DNA of 64,000 nt from assembly GCA_951406725.2 (NCBI GenBank), contig OX597815.1, forward strand, positions 46,810,001 through 46,874,000, written 5' to 3'. Under the pieces are notes generated by a model. The model did no database searches. It had not been told where the DNA came from and saw nothing but the letters and a program-made list of their open reading frames with translations. The translations under genes and the position numbers were made by a program. Every line of letters starts with the position of its first letter. The first letter of the stretch is position 1. This document shows positions 1-13,658 of this stretch, piece by piece. Source of the stretch: Octopus vulgaris. Taxonomy: Eukaryota.

Positions 1-929
1 ACCATCGTCGGTCTCTCGGGATTGCTGAATTTGATGCCACGAACAAGTACAGTTTATGCTATGTTTTTACACATTTCCCATATTCTCAAGGTAACCCACA
101 ACACTAAAGTCAGCTTGAAGCTACGGATAAAAGACACCGAATGGGTTGGGTCACGCAATGGGATCGAACCTGGTAGCACTTGATTTGTTGAAGCTAACTT
201 GTTAGCGTATGGTATTCAGTAAGAAGTTGTTCTCAGCATTTCATTTCTGTCGGCTTATTCATCATAGTTTCTCATTAGACACAAACTGTAACTGTATCAT
301 CTTCATAGCAATATCAATAGCAGTCTAAGACTTATGTGAAATAAAGTCTGGAGTGCAAGGCTTGGAAAATAACTGTGTTACTGTCCTAGTTAGATAAACA
401 GAGGGAAAGGTTTGGATGCTTAGCCTTATATATTAATTATTAAGATCAAACCCAGAATTGGGAAAATATGAGTGAAGCATTGAATCAAATCGCTGTTAAC
501 GGATAACTAGCTGAGAAAATACAAGATCTGATTGCAATGAATAATATAATTTAGCTTAAAAATTAGCTTGGTGAGCTCAACAATATCGAATGATGCGTTA
601 AAGTCAAGAACGTTCTGAAATAGTTACCATATATATACTTGAAACCATGAAATTGTAGAGAGCTCCTAATTATTCTGCCAATTAAAATATCTGTAGGATT
701 TCTTGCGAATGCGATCTCTTTTTTCCAGACCCACAGAGAAACGTGACCTCTAGAAGCTAACGAAACACTTTTTAATTACCTGCTTTGAATTTCTGACAGC
801 GCACGCGCTTATGTGTAATTATGTACTCGTGTAGGCGTGTTTGTAAGTGAGAATTTATGTGTTTCGTGCGCGCGCGCGCGTGTTTGCCCGTGTATCGGTG
901 TGTGTGTAACTATATGAATAATGAACGTA

Positions 930-1110
930 GGCTTCAAATTTTGGCACAAGGCCAATAATTTTGGTGGCGGGGTTAATTCGATTGCATCGACTTCCAATGC
1001 TGAAGACAGGCAAAGTCGACTTCGAGCAAATTTGAACTCAGAACACAAAGAGGGACGAAATATCGCTAAGCATTTCACCTGGCGTGCTAACGATTTTGCC
1101 AGCTCACGTC
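930..1110 (-). mobile_element. Degenerate Nin-domain-like tRNA-derived SINE (family A)
   Basis: Reverse complement of GAGCTGGCA.AATCGTTAGCACGCC...GAGTTCAAATT...GTCGACTTTGCC, matching the better copy at 5635-5867. Confidence 0.7.
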
Positions 1111-1779
1111 TTCCTCAAAAAATTAAAATATTAAGAATGTAGGAAGGACACAGACGACATAATCTTCATTAAAATTTTTTTTTAAGGGAGCCGCATTAAT
1201 AAAATATTTTATCGTCCCCATGTGATGAAGAGCCATGTTTCATGCGGCCCTCTTCCCAAAGAAGTTGCCCATGCCTGATCTACTTAGTCACTGAATTTGT
1301 TAGAAATAGCTCACGAAATTTCTTAAATCAAAATATTAATATAGGAAGGACACATTAGACAATATAGGCTTCATTTAAAAAAAATCTTTTTACAGACTAA
1401 TCAGATTCGTTAGGGTAACAGCTATGTCATCATTTTATAGGGCTGCCAAGAATGGTGAGATGAAGGGAGGATGTTGACCCTTAAATTGTAGACCTTATCC
1501 CAATATTTACGATCTGTATAAAATCTATATAAAAGGAACCTAAGGATCAAACGGCGATGTTAAACTGGACGACAGGTTAAGTTTACCACTCACAAAATTC
1601 AGAAATACAAAGGTAGGTAGGAAACCTTGAATATCACTGCCCCGAGCCCTAGGACAAAGAGTCGGTTGAGAATAGAAACAGATTTTAAAGATTTCGGGTT
1701 ATATATGTAGAAGTTATTAAGTGTAATTTAGTGGTGTTGTTGTTGTAAGATGTGTGGCTTGGCATTGGCTGGTATTGCT

Positions 1780-1960
1780 TGTACGAATTGTGCGTCTTGT
1801 ACCAAGTAAATGGGTGAAGTTACAGTCACTGCGTATGCATAGTCTATTGCGTTGAGAATAACGTCATATTTTGGGGTTTCGTGTGTTCATAATTTTATTT
1901 TATCTCCTCTTGGCAGATTTATCATGGAACTGTCGGTATACATTCTGATTGAGGTGGGCA
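1780..1960 (-). pseudogene. Possible relic of a LINE ORF1 with a Cys/His finger
   Basis: Minus-strand translation ...PKI*RYSQRNRLCIRSDCNFTHLLGTRR, with stops and frameshifts. Confidence 0.3.
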
Positions 1961-2029
1961 GTAACTGGAAGATAGGAGTGATTCTTCCCTAATTGCAGTA
2001 GTAGTAGTAGTAGTTGTGGTAGTAGTAGC

Positions 2030-2575
2030 AGCAATGGTGGTAACAATACAATAGGATGGCAATGGTGAAGATGGATCTCTTATGTTACTCTAAGAATTTG
2101 GGTGGTCTGACTGTGGCGAAGAGCAGCTAGGGACTGTGTTGTTTAATAAGGTCATCAATTGTTCTAGAATTGAGAAGTGATTTCCAATGCTCATCTTGTT
2201 TTTGTTGCTATTGTTTAGTTGTGACAAGGTTAGTAGCAATAAAATATGATGGCAATGATGATGATGTGCCAGCTATGGTATTTAGAGGAAATGAGAAAAT
2301 GGGTAGCTATACTACGAAGGGCCCTTGATTGTGGGGTTTAATAGGCCATCAATTGTTCTAGTATTGAAGAGTGACTTTCAGTGTTGATCTTGTTATTATT
2401 GCTATTGTTTAGTTGTAGTAACGGTAGTAGCAGTAGAACATGATGAAAATGACGACGATGGGTCGCTTGTGTTATTCCAAGAAAATGAGGAAGTAGTTAG
2501 CTGAACTGTGAAGGGCTCTTGAGTGTGGGGCTTAATAATTCATCAGTTGTACTAGTATTGAGGAGTGGCCTTCGT
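2030..2575. repeat. Three diverged tandem units of ~190 bp
   Basis: CATCA(A/G)TTGT(T/A)CTAG.ATTGA.(A/G)AGTG recurs near 2155, 2347 and 2541, with homologous flanks. Confidence 0.7.
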
Positions 2576-2614
2576 TGTTGTTCGCCCCCAATACTTCTAA
2601 TATTGATATATATT

Positions 2615-2893
2615 TAGTCGAGCAAATCGACCCCAGGACTTATTCATTGTAGGTCTAGTACTTATTCTATCGGTTCCTTTTGTCGAACCGTTAAGTTATG
2701 GGGTTGTCAACACACCAACATCGGTTGTCAAGCAATGGTGGGGACACAAATACAGACATAGACAGACAGACATACACACACACACATATACAAGGCTTTG
2801 GTCGACCCGAGGTTATAGTAGGAGATACTTGCCAAGGTGTCATGCAGTGGGACTGAACCCGGAACCATCTGGTTGGGGAGTAAGCTTCTTACA
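2615..2893 (-). mobile_element. SINE family B, partial
   Basis: Reverse complement of the family-B head and body (GGGACTGAACCCGGAACCA; CCCCAGGACTTATTC). Confidence 0.8.
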
Positions 2894-3149
2894 AGAGTAA
2901 ACAAGAGAGACAGAGACAGGCAAAAACAAGGAAAATGACCCTTGTATTTGAATACTATGCAAATATCCTTTTAAAAGCTTTTCTTTTAATTTTTCCAAAA
3001 TTTAATTGCTTTCCATACTTACAGTTGAAAAGGCCTCAATGGATGAAACCAGTACTGAAAAGTTTTTCATAAAATTATTTTAGCATTTTCTATCTTGACT
3101 TTTTTTTCCATATATATCAACTCTTGTGTTCCTTTTCAACCTACTACTA

Positions 3150-3209
<60 letters not shown>

Positions 3210-3888
3210 CTATAATTTTTATGCGGAGCATGCTTTAGTTCCGTAATAAATCTTTCTAGATATTTTGAGGAGTTTTCCTTTTTATTTATTTTGTTCTTTG
3301 TTTTCTTTGTTCTTGTTTTGTGAAGAAACCTAACTTCAAGCAACTTTTTACAGATCAACTTTTAAACATTATTTTCTAAGCCTGGGTAAGGTGTGTAGGG
3401 GGTGCAATATTGTATTTTGCATCCCCACAAAATTTTAGGGGGTGCAAGTGCACCCCCGGTTCTCGGGTCCTTGCACACATACACAAAGACGCAAGAACGC
3501 TCATAAATACTCACACAGGTGCGTATATTCGCACACATGCCATCTGCTCACTTTCTTTTCTCCCGCACTATGAATAAATTACATGTAATGTATGCGATAT
3601 TTTGTTGAAGTTCGTATAACTTAGCATAAGTTTAATGCGCGTGTAAATATTGCAGGTGTATAGCTATTAACATTTACACACACACACACACACACACGTG
3701 TGCTTATATTTACGTATGATATACCTGACCTGTGTGTATGCAAACACACTCACATAAACACATAGATATGCATACACACACACACTCACACACTCACACA
3801 CGCGCGCGCACACACACATACACGTGTATGCACATAAGGCAAATAGGTACATACATACATACATACATACATACATACATACATACAT

Positions 3889-3933
<45 letters not shown>

Positions 3934-3969
3934 TGCATGTATGAATGACTGTACGTACACATGTAGAAA

Positions 3970-4035
<66 letters not shown>

Positions 4036-4305
4036 TATACACACACATACATTTACACATGTATACATACATTCGTTCGTGCGCATACACGCACACACAC
4101 ACACACACACACACACTAATGTGCTTTTCACACCTGCAACTCGATATTTATTTGTTTGAGAATAAATCTCTTCATGTACCTGTCCTCGCTTTTTCTTTTC
4201 TTTTTACTTTGTGTTGTGATCTCTCATTACACATACATCTCATTTACCTTACAAATATCCTTGCTTTTCTCATGACCCCTTTTCCTCCACCTTGATTCTG
4301 CGTGC

Positions 4306-4459
<154 letters not shown>

Positions 4460-4477
4460 GTATATAAAACTGTGTCT

Positions 4478-4762
4478 GTCGGTTCCACTTGATCCAATCA
4501 GCGAAACAGCCTGCTCGGGAAATTAACATACAAGTGACTGAGCACTCCACAGACACACATACCCTTAACGTAGATTCAGCGTGATACAGAATGTGAGAAG
4601 GCTGGCCCTGTAAAATACAGATTAAACTCACTCTTGCCAGCAGAACAGACTGGAGCAACGTGAAATAAATCATGTTGTTTAAGGACACAACACGCCGCCC
4701 GGGTATCGAACTCATAACCTTACGATCGTGAGTCGAATACCCTAAGCATTAAATAATGCCCA
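4478..4762 (-). mobile_element. tRNA-derived SINE (family D)
   Basis: Minus strand has a B-box GAGTTCGATACC followed by GTTGTGTCCTTAAACAAC; related to 14255-14580. Confidence 0.6.
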
Positions 4763-4934
4763 CTCACACACGCATATATATATTAGGCGCACGTATGGCT
4801 GAGTGGCACGAAGTTAGTTTCCCAATCACACTTCAAGAAAGTTCGTAAACGTGTCTTCTGTTATAGCCCCGGGTGGAACAAAGCCTTGTGAGTGGATTTT
4901 GTAGAGAGAAACTGAAAGAAGCCTGCTGAGTAAA

Positions 4935-4966
<32 letters not shown>

Positions 4967-5634
4967 AAATATGACTGTGTATTTATGCTTGTTTCTCAGC
5001 CCCAGTTGTCAAGCTTTGTTGGTCTCTTACGTCCCCGTAACTTAGTGGTTCAACAAAATGAAACCTATGGAATAAGCATCAGATTTCAACATAATACTGG
5101 GGGTCGAATGAAACAAGTAATATATATACATCCCCTCTTTTTCCATCTTAAACTTTCTCGAGGCTCAATCTAATTTATTCACTTGTACGTCCTTAAGACT
5201 TCTGTTGCTTTCCCCGTTTTTGTTTTTATTTTACCTGTAGAATATGTCTATAGATTTTAGCAAACACTTTATGTTTGCATAGATGTAAATGCTGTACATT
5301 TATATGCAATATAAAAAGTCTGAATACACTAATTAAGAGGACCCTGTTTATAAACCTTTTATATTGGTTTCACCTGGTACTTATTTTAGCGACCCCGATA
5401 TATGAAAGTCAATCTCGGCGGAATTAGAGTTCAGAACACAAAGACGGATGAAATGCTGTTAAGTACTTTGCGCGGCATGTTAACGTTTCTGCCAGCTCGC
5501 TGCCTTTATAAACACCTTGATTCACTAAGCCATTAGTGATTCGGGCTATCCAATTTACATATGAAACGTATTTTAATGGAAAATCGTGTTTATCTTCTCC
5601 CTGCTCGTCACCCAACTATATCATAGTTCAACAT

Positions 5635-5867
5635 GAAGGCGGCGAGCTGGCAGAAACGTTAGCACGCCGGGCGAAATGCGTTGCCGTATTTCGTCTACCG
5701 TTACGTTCCGAGTCAAATTCCGCCGAGGGCGACTTTGCCTTTCATCCTTCCGGGGTCGATAAATTAAGTACCAGTTACCCACTGGGGTCGATGTAATCGA
5801 CTTAATCCCTTTTTCTGTCCTTGTTTGTCTCCTCTGTGTTTAGCCCCTTGTGGGTAGTAAAGAAATA
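5635..5867 (+). mobile_element. Full-length family-A SINE with a Tx1-like 3' tail and an 18-bp TSD
   Basis: tRNA-like head, central GCCTTTCATCCTTCCGGGGTCGATAAATTAAGTACC and tail GCCCCTTGTGGGTAGTAAAGAAAT; flanked by TATATCATAGTTCAACAT at 5617-5634 and 5868-5885. Confidence 0.9.
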
Positions 5868-5894
5868 TATATCATAGTTCAACATTACATATAG

Positions 5895-6720
5895 CCCCGG
5901 CAGACAAAGTGGAAAAGGTGATGTCCGGGAGGTTAGTGCGGAGATGCGTCGGAACAGTCACTCTGACTCACTGGGATCGCACTTGAAGCAACAATCTTTG
6001 CCCCGATAGCGATCAGCAGGGATATGATCCGGGGTCCGAGAACTCCGGAGGTCTCCACTGCCACAAGCTTGACCATAAAACTGTCGGAAAGCTACTGGTA
6101 CTTTGATAGCTTGTTTTTCTCAGCCTGGCGGGCAGCGGAGCCTGGCATGGTGACTGATCACACTGGAGAAGTTGCCACTGGAGAAGGTGTCACAGCAAGT
6201 GGCATCCCAGATGAGGGGCCTACTGCCACGGAACGGGAGAATTGTCATACCCTCCGGTCTTTTACCGTCCCCTCGGTCTAGTACTGTTGGATCGAGCTGG
6301 GAATGGAAGCCTGCAGCGTCTAGGCTGTGCTTTACGATCTTGTTCAGGGCGGCATGGCGTGGTAGCCGACCAGCACAATGACGGCAGGATAATGAATTGA
6401 GACTGAAAGAATGCGCTATGGATCTGCAGCGGCATTCACAGGGCCCACAGATCTGGAGACCAAGCCTCAGGGAAACGTCAATGTGCATGCAATCGCTATC
6501 AAGCTGAATGCCAGTTGTGAGTGATGGCACCGCATTGAACCAAGCTCCGCTGTGAGGCTCGGAGACTGAGTGGAAACATTGCCAGGCGGTGCTGGTCAAG
6601 TCGACGCACTAGCTCGTCCGCGGTTGTACTATACTGGATAGCATCCCATTGTTTTGAGACGACAGGACGTCCACAGAGGGGAGAAAGGGATAGACGTCAA
6701 CGGAACGTAGGCTGAACTGG
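5895..6720 (-). mobile_element. 3' part of a CRE-clade non-LTR retrotransposon (restriction-like endonuclease), degenerate
   Basis: ORF 6120-6599: SGAWFNAVP..LRLG..CECRC..SC..RHAALN..DGKRPEG..WDATCCDT; continues after a frameshift as AEKNKLSKY..VAVETSGVLGP. Confidence 0.8.
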
Positions 6721-6837
6721 CTCCACATTTGTTCGGATTTCATCAACGACATCACCTTTCTTAACTGTCCATGGAGGCATTGTTTATAAACACACTATGA
6801 CTAAAGGTTAGATTTAGTTACGTAGCATAAACAAATA

Positions 6838-6868
<31 letters not shown>

Positions 6869-7042
6869 TGTATGTATGTATGTATGTATGTATGTATGTA
6901 TGTATGTATGTATGTATGTATGTATGCATTTATGTATATATATTTATTATACTATCTGTATTATAAGACATATATACATATACACACATATGTATATATT
7001 ATAGAATATTGTAGTGCCTATGTTATAAAACGATATATATGT

Positions 7043-7101
<59 letters not shown>

Positions 7102-7280
7102 TTCTGTGTGAGTTAGAGGTTGAGAAACCAACTAAGTGATAGTACCTGTCCAATATATTGCTGGTAGTGTACCCAATTATTTATACTCAAGTGCTAATTA
7201 TTACGTGGCAATCTCGCAATTGAGTGTTATATATGGGCGGGGTAAAAAATGATTTACCCTTGATTTATATGGCAAATAAA

Positions 7281-8402
7281 AAAGTGGAGAGGATACAAAA
7301 TCGACAGACATCAGCCGGTAAACATTCTACTATGTCTAATTTATTCCTATGTATTAGATCTGGTTTGTTGATGGTTAACAAATAATATTTATTTATTTAT
7401 TTGGTTTGTTTTGTTTTATTTGTTAACCATCAACGAACAAGAACCACGTCATGGTTTTCAAAAAAAGATAGCTGACCAATTAGGTTGTAGGACTGACCAT
7501 GACCCCACCCCACTACACATAGGGATTCCAAGACTTGTTGATCGGCAAAGAGTAACGAACACTAACATCGCACTTTGGCCCCACCTGATTCCTTTCTCTC
7601 ATTAATGCACTCATATACCAAATTTCCCAAGATGGGTTCATCATCATAAGCTGCTTATACCATAACTTCCGCAACGTTGCACCTACCAACTGGCACTTTA
7701 CATATAAACTTTCACCTCCGTAACTCGGACCATACTTTCAAAACCACCACTGAAGTTCTATGTAAACATAATGTTGAACCACTGCCTAAAATTATCCTTC
7801 CTGAAAAAACTTCTCCTGTGAACGACTATATTTACCTATCCACCATGGGACGAAATAACATGGATCTTATAATACATCACGGAAAGTCTGTATCTTATTT
7901 CCCTTTACTATACCCAAATCATTATAGTAAGATGCATTTCACTCACTTCCTCATGTTTGTTCTTATTCTTACTCCTACTTTTTTTCTACCCTTCTTTAAA
8001 AAGACAAAGAAACTGTAGCTATTATTAACTGTTTTTTATATGTGTTAGCCCTCCCAATCACTTAGACCCTCTGAAGAAGCCTAAAGGCACATTCTTTATC
8101 CAAGCCTTACCTGCTTATGGAGATGGAGATAACCTGGAAGATTTCGTGGACTCTTGGCAGAAACAGCCGTAAGGAACTAGCGTCTACTGCCAATCTGCTC
8201 ATTTGTTCATTTAGTCAATTTATCACCTGCTCCTATATGATTATATGCTTCCACATCCTTGTTCTTGCAATTACCAATTCTTTCTATTTGATAGTCTGGA
8301 CTACTGATAAATGTGTATGTATTCATCTAATACACTAAAATAAATAGACATACTAGAATGTTTACCGGCAGATGCCTGTCCATTTTATATCCTTTCCACT
8401 TT
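7281..8402 (+). mobile_element. Penelope-like element relic with an inverted copy of its end
   Basis: Inverted repeat 7281-7345 / 8339-8402; hammerhead core at 8068-8174. Confidence 0.6.
8068..8174 (+). ncRNA. Hammerhead-ribozyme-like motif (type I, Penelope-type)
   Basis: CCT-CTGAAGA-[stem II]-GAAA-CAGCCG-TA-AGG. Confidence 0.5.
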
Positions 8403-8432
8403 CTTTGTTATATATATATATATATATATATA

Positions 8433-8649
8433 TATTTCTTTACTACCCACAAGGGGCTAAACACAGAGGGGACAAACAAGGACAGACAAACGGGTTAAGT
8501 CGATTATATCGATCCCAATGCGCAACTGGTACTTAATTTATCGACCCCGAGAGGATGAAAGGCTAAGTCGACCTCGGCGGAATTTGAACCCAGGACGTAG
8601 CGGTAGACGAAATACGGCTACGCATTTCGCCCGGCGTGCTAACGATTCT
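8433..8649 (-). mobile_element. Family-A SINE with Tx1-like tail, slightly 5'-truncated, next to (TA)n
   Basis: Starts TATTTCTTTACTACCCACAAGGGGCTAAAC, the reverse complement of the tail. Confidence 0.85.
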
Positions 8650-8652
8650 ATT

Positions 8653-8702
<50 letters not shown>

Positions 8703-8940
8703 AAGAGAAAACACAACAACGCGAGGACGTGGAACAAAGAGAAAACACAACAACGCGAGGACGTGGAACAAATATAGTATTATTGGACGCTCAGGAAGGA
8801 AGGGAAGAAGGAGGGTTTAACGTTTCGAGCGGAGCTCTTCGTCGGAAACATAGAAGGAAAGATCCAGAGAAGGGAAGATAGAGGAAAAAAAAATCGGTAC
8901 ACACGCGGTCACATAACATATAAGTAAGTGGAGAGGTTAC

Positions 8941-8973
<33 letters not shown>

Positions 8974-8984
8974 TATATTCTGTT

Positions 8985-9341
8985 ATTCTTTTACTTCCTT
9001 TAGTCATCTGACTGCAGCCATGCTGGAGCACCGCCTTTCATCGAGCAAATCAACCCCAGGACTTATTCTTTGTAAGTACTTATCCTATCGGTCGCTTCAC
9101 TGAACCGCTAAGTTACGGGAACGTAGACACACATATATATATATACACACACACATATCACATATATATGCATATATGCGACGGGATTCTTTCAGTTTCC
9201 GTCTCCTAAATCTACTCACAAGGCTTTGGTCGGCTCGAGGCTATAGTAGAAGTCACTTGCCCAAGGTGCCACGCAGTGGGACTGAACCCGGAACCATGTG
9301 GTTGGTAAACAAGCTGCTTACCACACAGCCACTCCTGTGCC
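8985..9341 (-). mobile_element. SINE family B
   Basis: Reverse complement of head, central microsatellite and GCTCCAGCATGG tail. Confidence 0.85.
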
Positions 9342-9394
9342 TATATATATATATAAATATGAATATATGTATACATATATATGTATATATATAT

Positions 9395-9433
<39 letters not shown>

Positions 9434-11039
9434 AATATGTGTGTGTGTGTGTGTGTGTGTGTGTAGCGACAAGACGTGCATGCGCACATAAGCACACATT
9501 TACGCAAATATAATTTTGCCCATACATACATACACGCCTACACACACACACGAACACACACACTCACACACTCGCACACACACAATGTGTCAGAGAATCA
9601 AAACTGTCAATGTGAAACGAGACCGAAATATCTACATACAGTCGAAGCTATTTGCATATTCTTTTGATATTATATTTCAAGTGAGATAAGCGGGAACACC
9701 TGTTCAGAATATGGTCTTTGTGTGTGTCCACAGTCGCTTGCTAGCCATACTGGACACAGGTGCGACTTTGATATTCGTGGGATTGTTTCCTGTGGTAGTG
9801 GTAGTATTTGTTATTGTTGTTGTAGTCGTCGGCGGTGTCATCGACATCACCGCCAGTATTGTTTAGCCCTAGGACAGACCTGATCAAATAGGCCTATTTT
9901 CAATGTCATTCCATCATGACTATTGTTAATATATATTTAGCCGGTATTGGCAATCTTTTTCGAGAAGCGAGCCGCATGAGACATGGTTCATCATGAAATG
10001 GGCTGTATTACTAAGAGAATTAAAAGTAATTTTCTGTTCAGAAGGTCCCGCAGGCCGCGGGTTTCACGCGACTGATTTAGAACTATATTTTCTGTCTAAT
10101 GTTTTCTTTCCCTTATAAATAAAATACTACTGGCTGTGATTCGAGGCATTTTGGTTGCTATTTTTGGTAAATTGATTGATTGTAATAGGAGCTCCCGTTG
10201 GCACGTAATGTGGTCGTTTTTGATGATGTTTAGCCCTCAGGTAAGTTCTGATCGACTGAAACAAGTAAATCAAACAGTGCGCGTGCGCACACACTAAAGA
10301 TGACAAAATATTGTTTTAGTAATAGAAATCTTGTACAATTTTCCAGGCATACATAGTTCAATTGCCTGAGATAATCCAGGCAGTTAGTAGCATAACGGGA
10401 TATTAGGAGATCAGCTATCCTGGAATCTCTGAGTCGTCGCAGTCAATGAAAGTGACTTGAGTCTGTCGGAAATGTTTAATAAATGCAGTGTGGTTATGGG
10501 TGAACTATATATATAATATATACGCTGGGGAGTCGGCACATAGATTTCGAAGATCAACTGACTGATCTCACCTGAGTATGCTTGTTCGCAACTTTATATA
10601 AATGAGAGTTAAACTACCATTATGGGTTTCTAAAATTTCTTCTTTTTTGTTGTTACGAAATAAAGGTGTAATCTGAGAGAGATTTGCTGTTATTTCTTGC
10701 CAATTAATCCAATCTGACAATTTGGTTATTATTTTTATATTAATAGACTAAGTGTCGATATGTGTGGGCTTAAGCGAGGGACGAAAAATATCTGTATGCT
10801 TCATGTTTGTAGTTAAAATGACAGCATATAACAGAAGCCAACGCACACAACGACGGCAAGCAGCGTTGGTTTCAAGTTGCAGACTCCTTTTTGCATGCAT
10901 TACGTTTATATATTTATACAAAGAGTGAATTTATGCGCAAGCATTTACATACACTGGTAGATGGCCGTTGACACTCTTGAGTTCTGAAGCTTTCTATGTC
11001 GAAGAAGTCCCCACCCCCACCCCCAAAAATCACTACCCC

Positions 11040-11481
<442 letters not shown>

Positions 11482-11572
11482 TATATATAATTAAGGTAGA
11501 AATTGATATTAATCAATTTAAAACCAGTGGCTTAGCATATTTAAAAAATCCAAAGAAAAAAAAATGTTACAT

Positions 11573-11719
11573 ACAAAATTAAGAGGCATGACCACTAAAG
11601 TAGACACCTAATATGTTAAACATAGACGTCAAATCACCATTACTACGAAGAGTAATCACGATTTGACGTCTATGTTTAGCATATTAGGTGTCCACTTTAG
11701 TGGTCATTCGTCTTAATTT

Positions 11720-11722
<3 letters not shown>
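11573..11722. repeat. Imperfect hairpin (arms ~63 bp, loop 24 nt)
   Basis: 11573-11635 is the reverse complement of 11660-11722 with a few mismatches. Confidence 0.85.
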
Positions 11723-11784
<62 letters not shown>

Positions 11785-13435
11785 GCACACATATACGACG
11801 GGCTTCTTTCAATTTCCGTCTACCAGTTGCACTTACAAGGCACGAGGCTATAGTAGAAGACACTTGTCCAAGGTGCCACGCAGAGGAACTGAGCCTGGAA
11901 CCATGTGGTTGGGAAGCAAGATTCTTACCACACAACCAATATAATAAAAGAAGGAAAAGGATAAAATATTAAGACAGCCATAAATTAAATTTTCGGATGC
12001 GCAAGTCAAATTTGGTCTTAATTGTGAATCTCTGTCCTTGTCTGAAATGGAATTCCGAATATTCCAGTAGATCGGGGCATGTTTCACAATTTGAACTTCT
12101 GCATTGTTTAAGTATTGGTTTTGTTGTTAGGAATAGATAGAAAAATAGATAGATAGATAAATCGATGGATGGATGGATCGATCGATAGATAGATGGATAG
12201 ATAGATGGAAGAATTGTGAGATAGATATTGCGTCGCAGTTTTTTAATGGGACATTTACAGCCTTATTACACGCCTTCAGAAACATACATAACACACACGC
12301 AAACAAGCACAACACAGCATATACGCACACAAAAGTACTTATGCATCCACATTTAGATACATGAATTTTTATTACATATTCATTAACTATTTTACATTTT
12401 TCTCACACACTCCAACTATTTCAGAGAGGATGTACACACAGAGTTGAAGTCTACATATTTACACGTACTGTCCTAAATTATTCACACACAGAGAAAAAAT
12501 TTGGTCAACCACACGGTATGTATCTATTGTCACTAGATATATATCGGTATTGTTTTAATTCTGTAACACTCGTTTTGGATTCCTCTCTTTATCAATCTCT
12601 CACGCTTAAATACTTTTCCCTTCACTCTTTAGTTTACCATTCTTTGATGTAAAGTCATTATCTTCGTGCTTCGTTACAACCCCCTCCAACAAATCCGGCA
12701 TTCACACGCACATGAACTATCATATACATATGTACGCACACATACATACATACATACTTACATATATATATTCTAATAATATCAAAGGGTAGTCAGAAAT
12801 ATTTGAAATTTCCATTACCAGTGGCCTTGCTTGTAAAAATTTAGTCAATAGATTATATATTATTCATATAAATACGGTGTACATTTAAACACATAAGAGG
12901 CATCCATCATAGGAATCCTTGCACGCTAGAGAGGACAGTTAAATTCCAAACCACTATTAGGGATAAAATTTCGAAGGGAATGAAAAATAAAAACATTTGC
13001 CATGTAACTCCCGGACCAATGGTTTTAAACTTTTTTTAGCAAATAAAATTAGTTGCTGGGCTAAGTTTTCTTCAGCAGGTACACCTTAAATTAAATATAT
13101 ATACACTAGGCAATCCAGTATATGCCCCGTGTTTATACATTCTAATTTTTCAAATCTACCGCGCAAGCGCAGCACCTTGTCGGCAGTAAAGAAAATGCCG
13201 GCTTTTCAATTCGAAAATTATTCAGAACAATTATCAATAATTAATAATATCAAAAGGTAATCAGAAATATTTGAAATTTACATTACCAGTGGCCTAGTAT
13301 ATATATATATATATATTGCGGAAATGTACTCGCATAGCAAGTAATTTGATCTGAGATCGTGTGCTGAAACGAAAACAATTGCAGCGTGGAAGGTGTTTAT
13401 AAGCCATTTAAGAAACACACAATACGCTGCAATTC

Positions 13436-13467
<32 letters not shown>

Positions 13468-13508
13468 TATATATATATATACATACATATATACACGCAC
13501 ACACAAAC

Positions 13509-13658
<150 letters not shown>

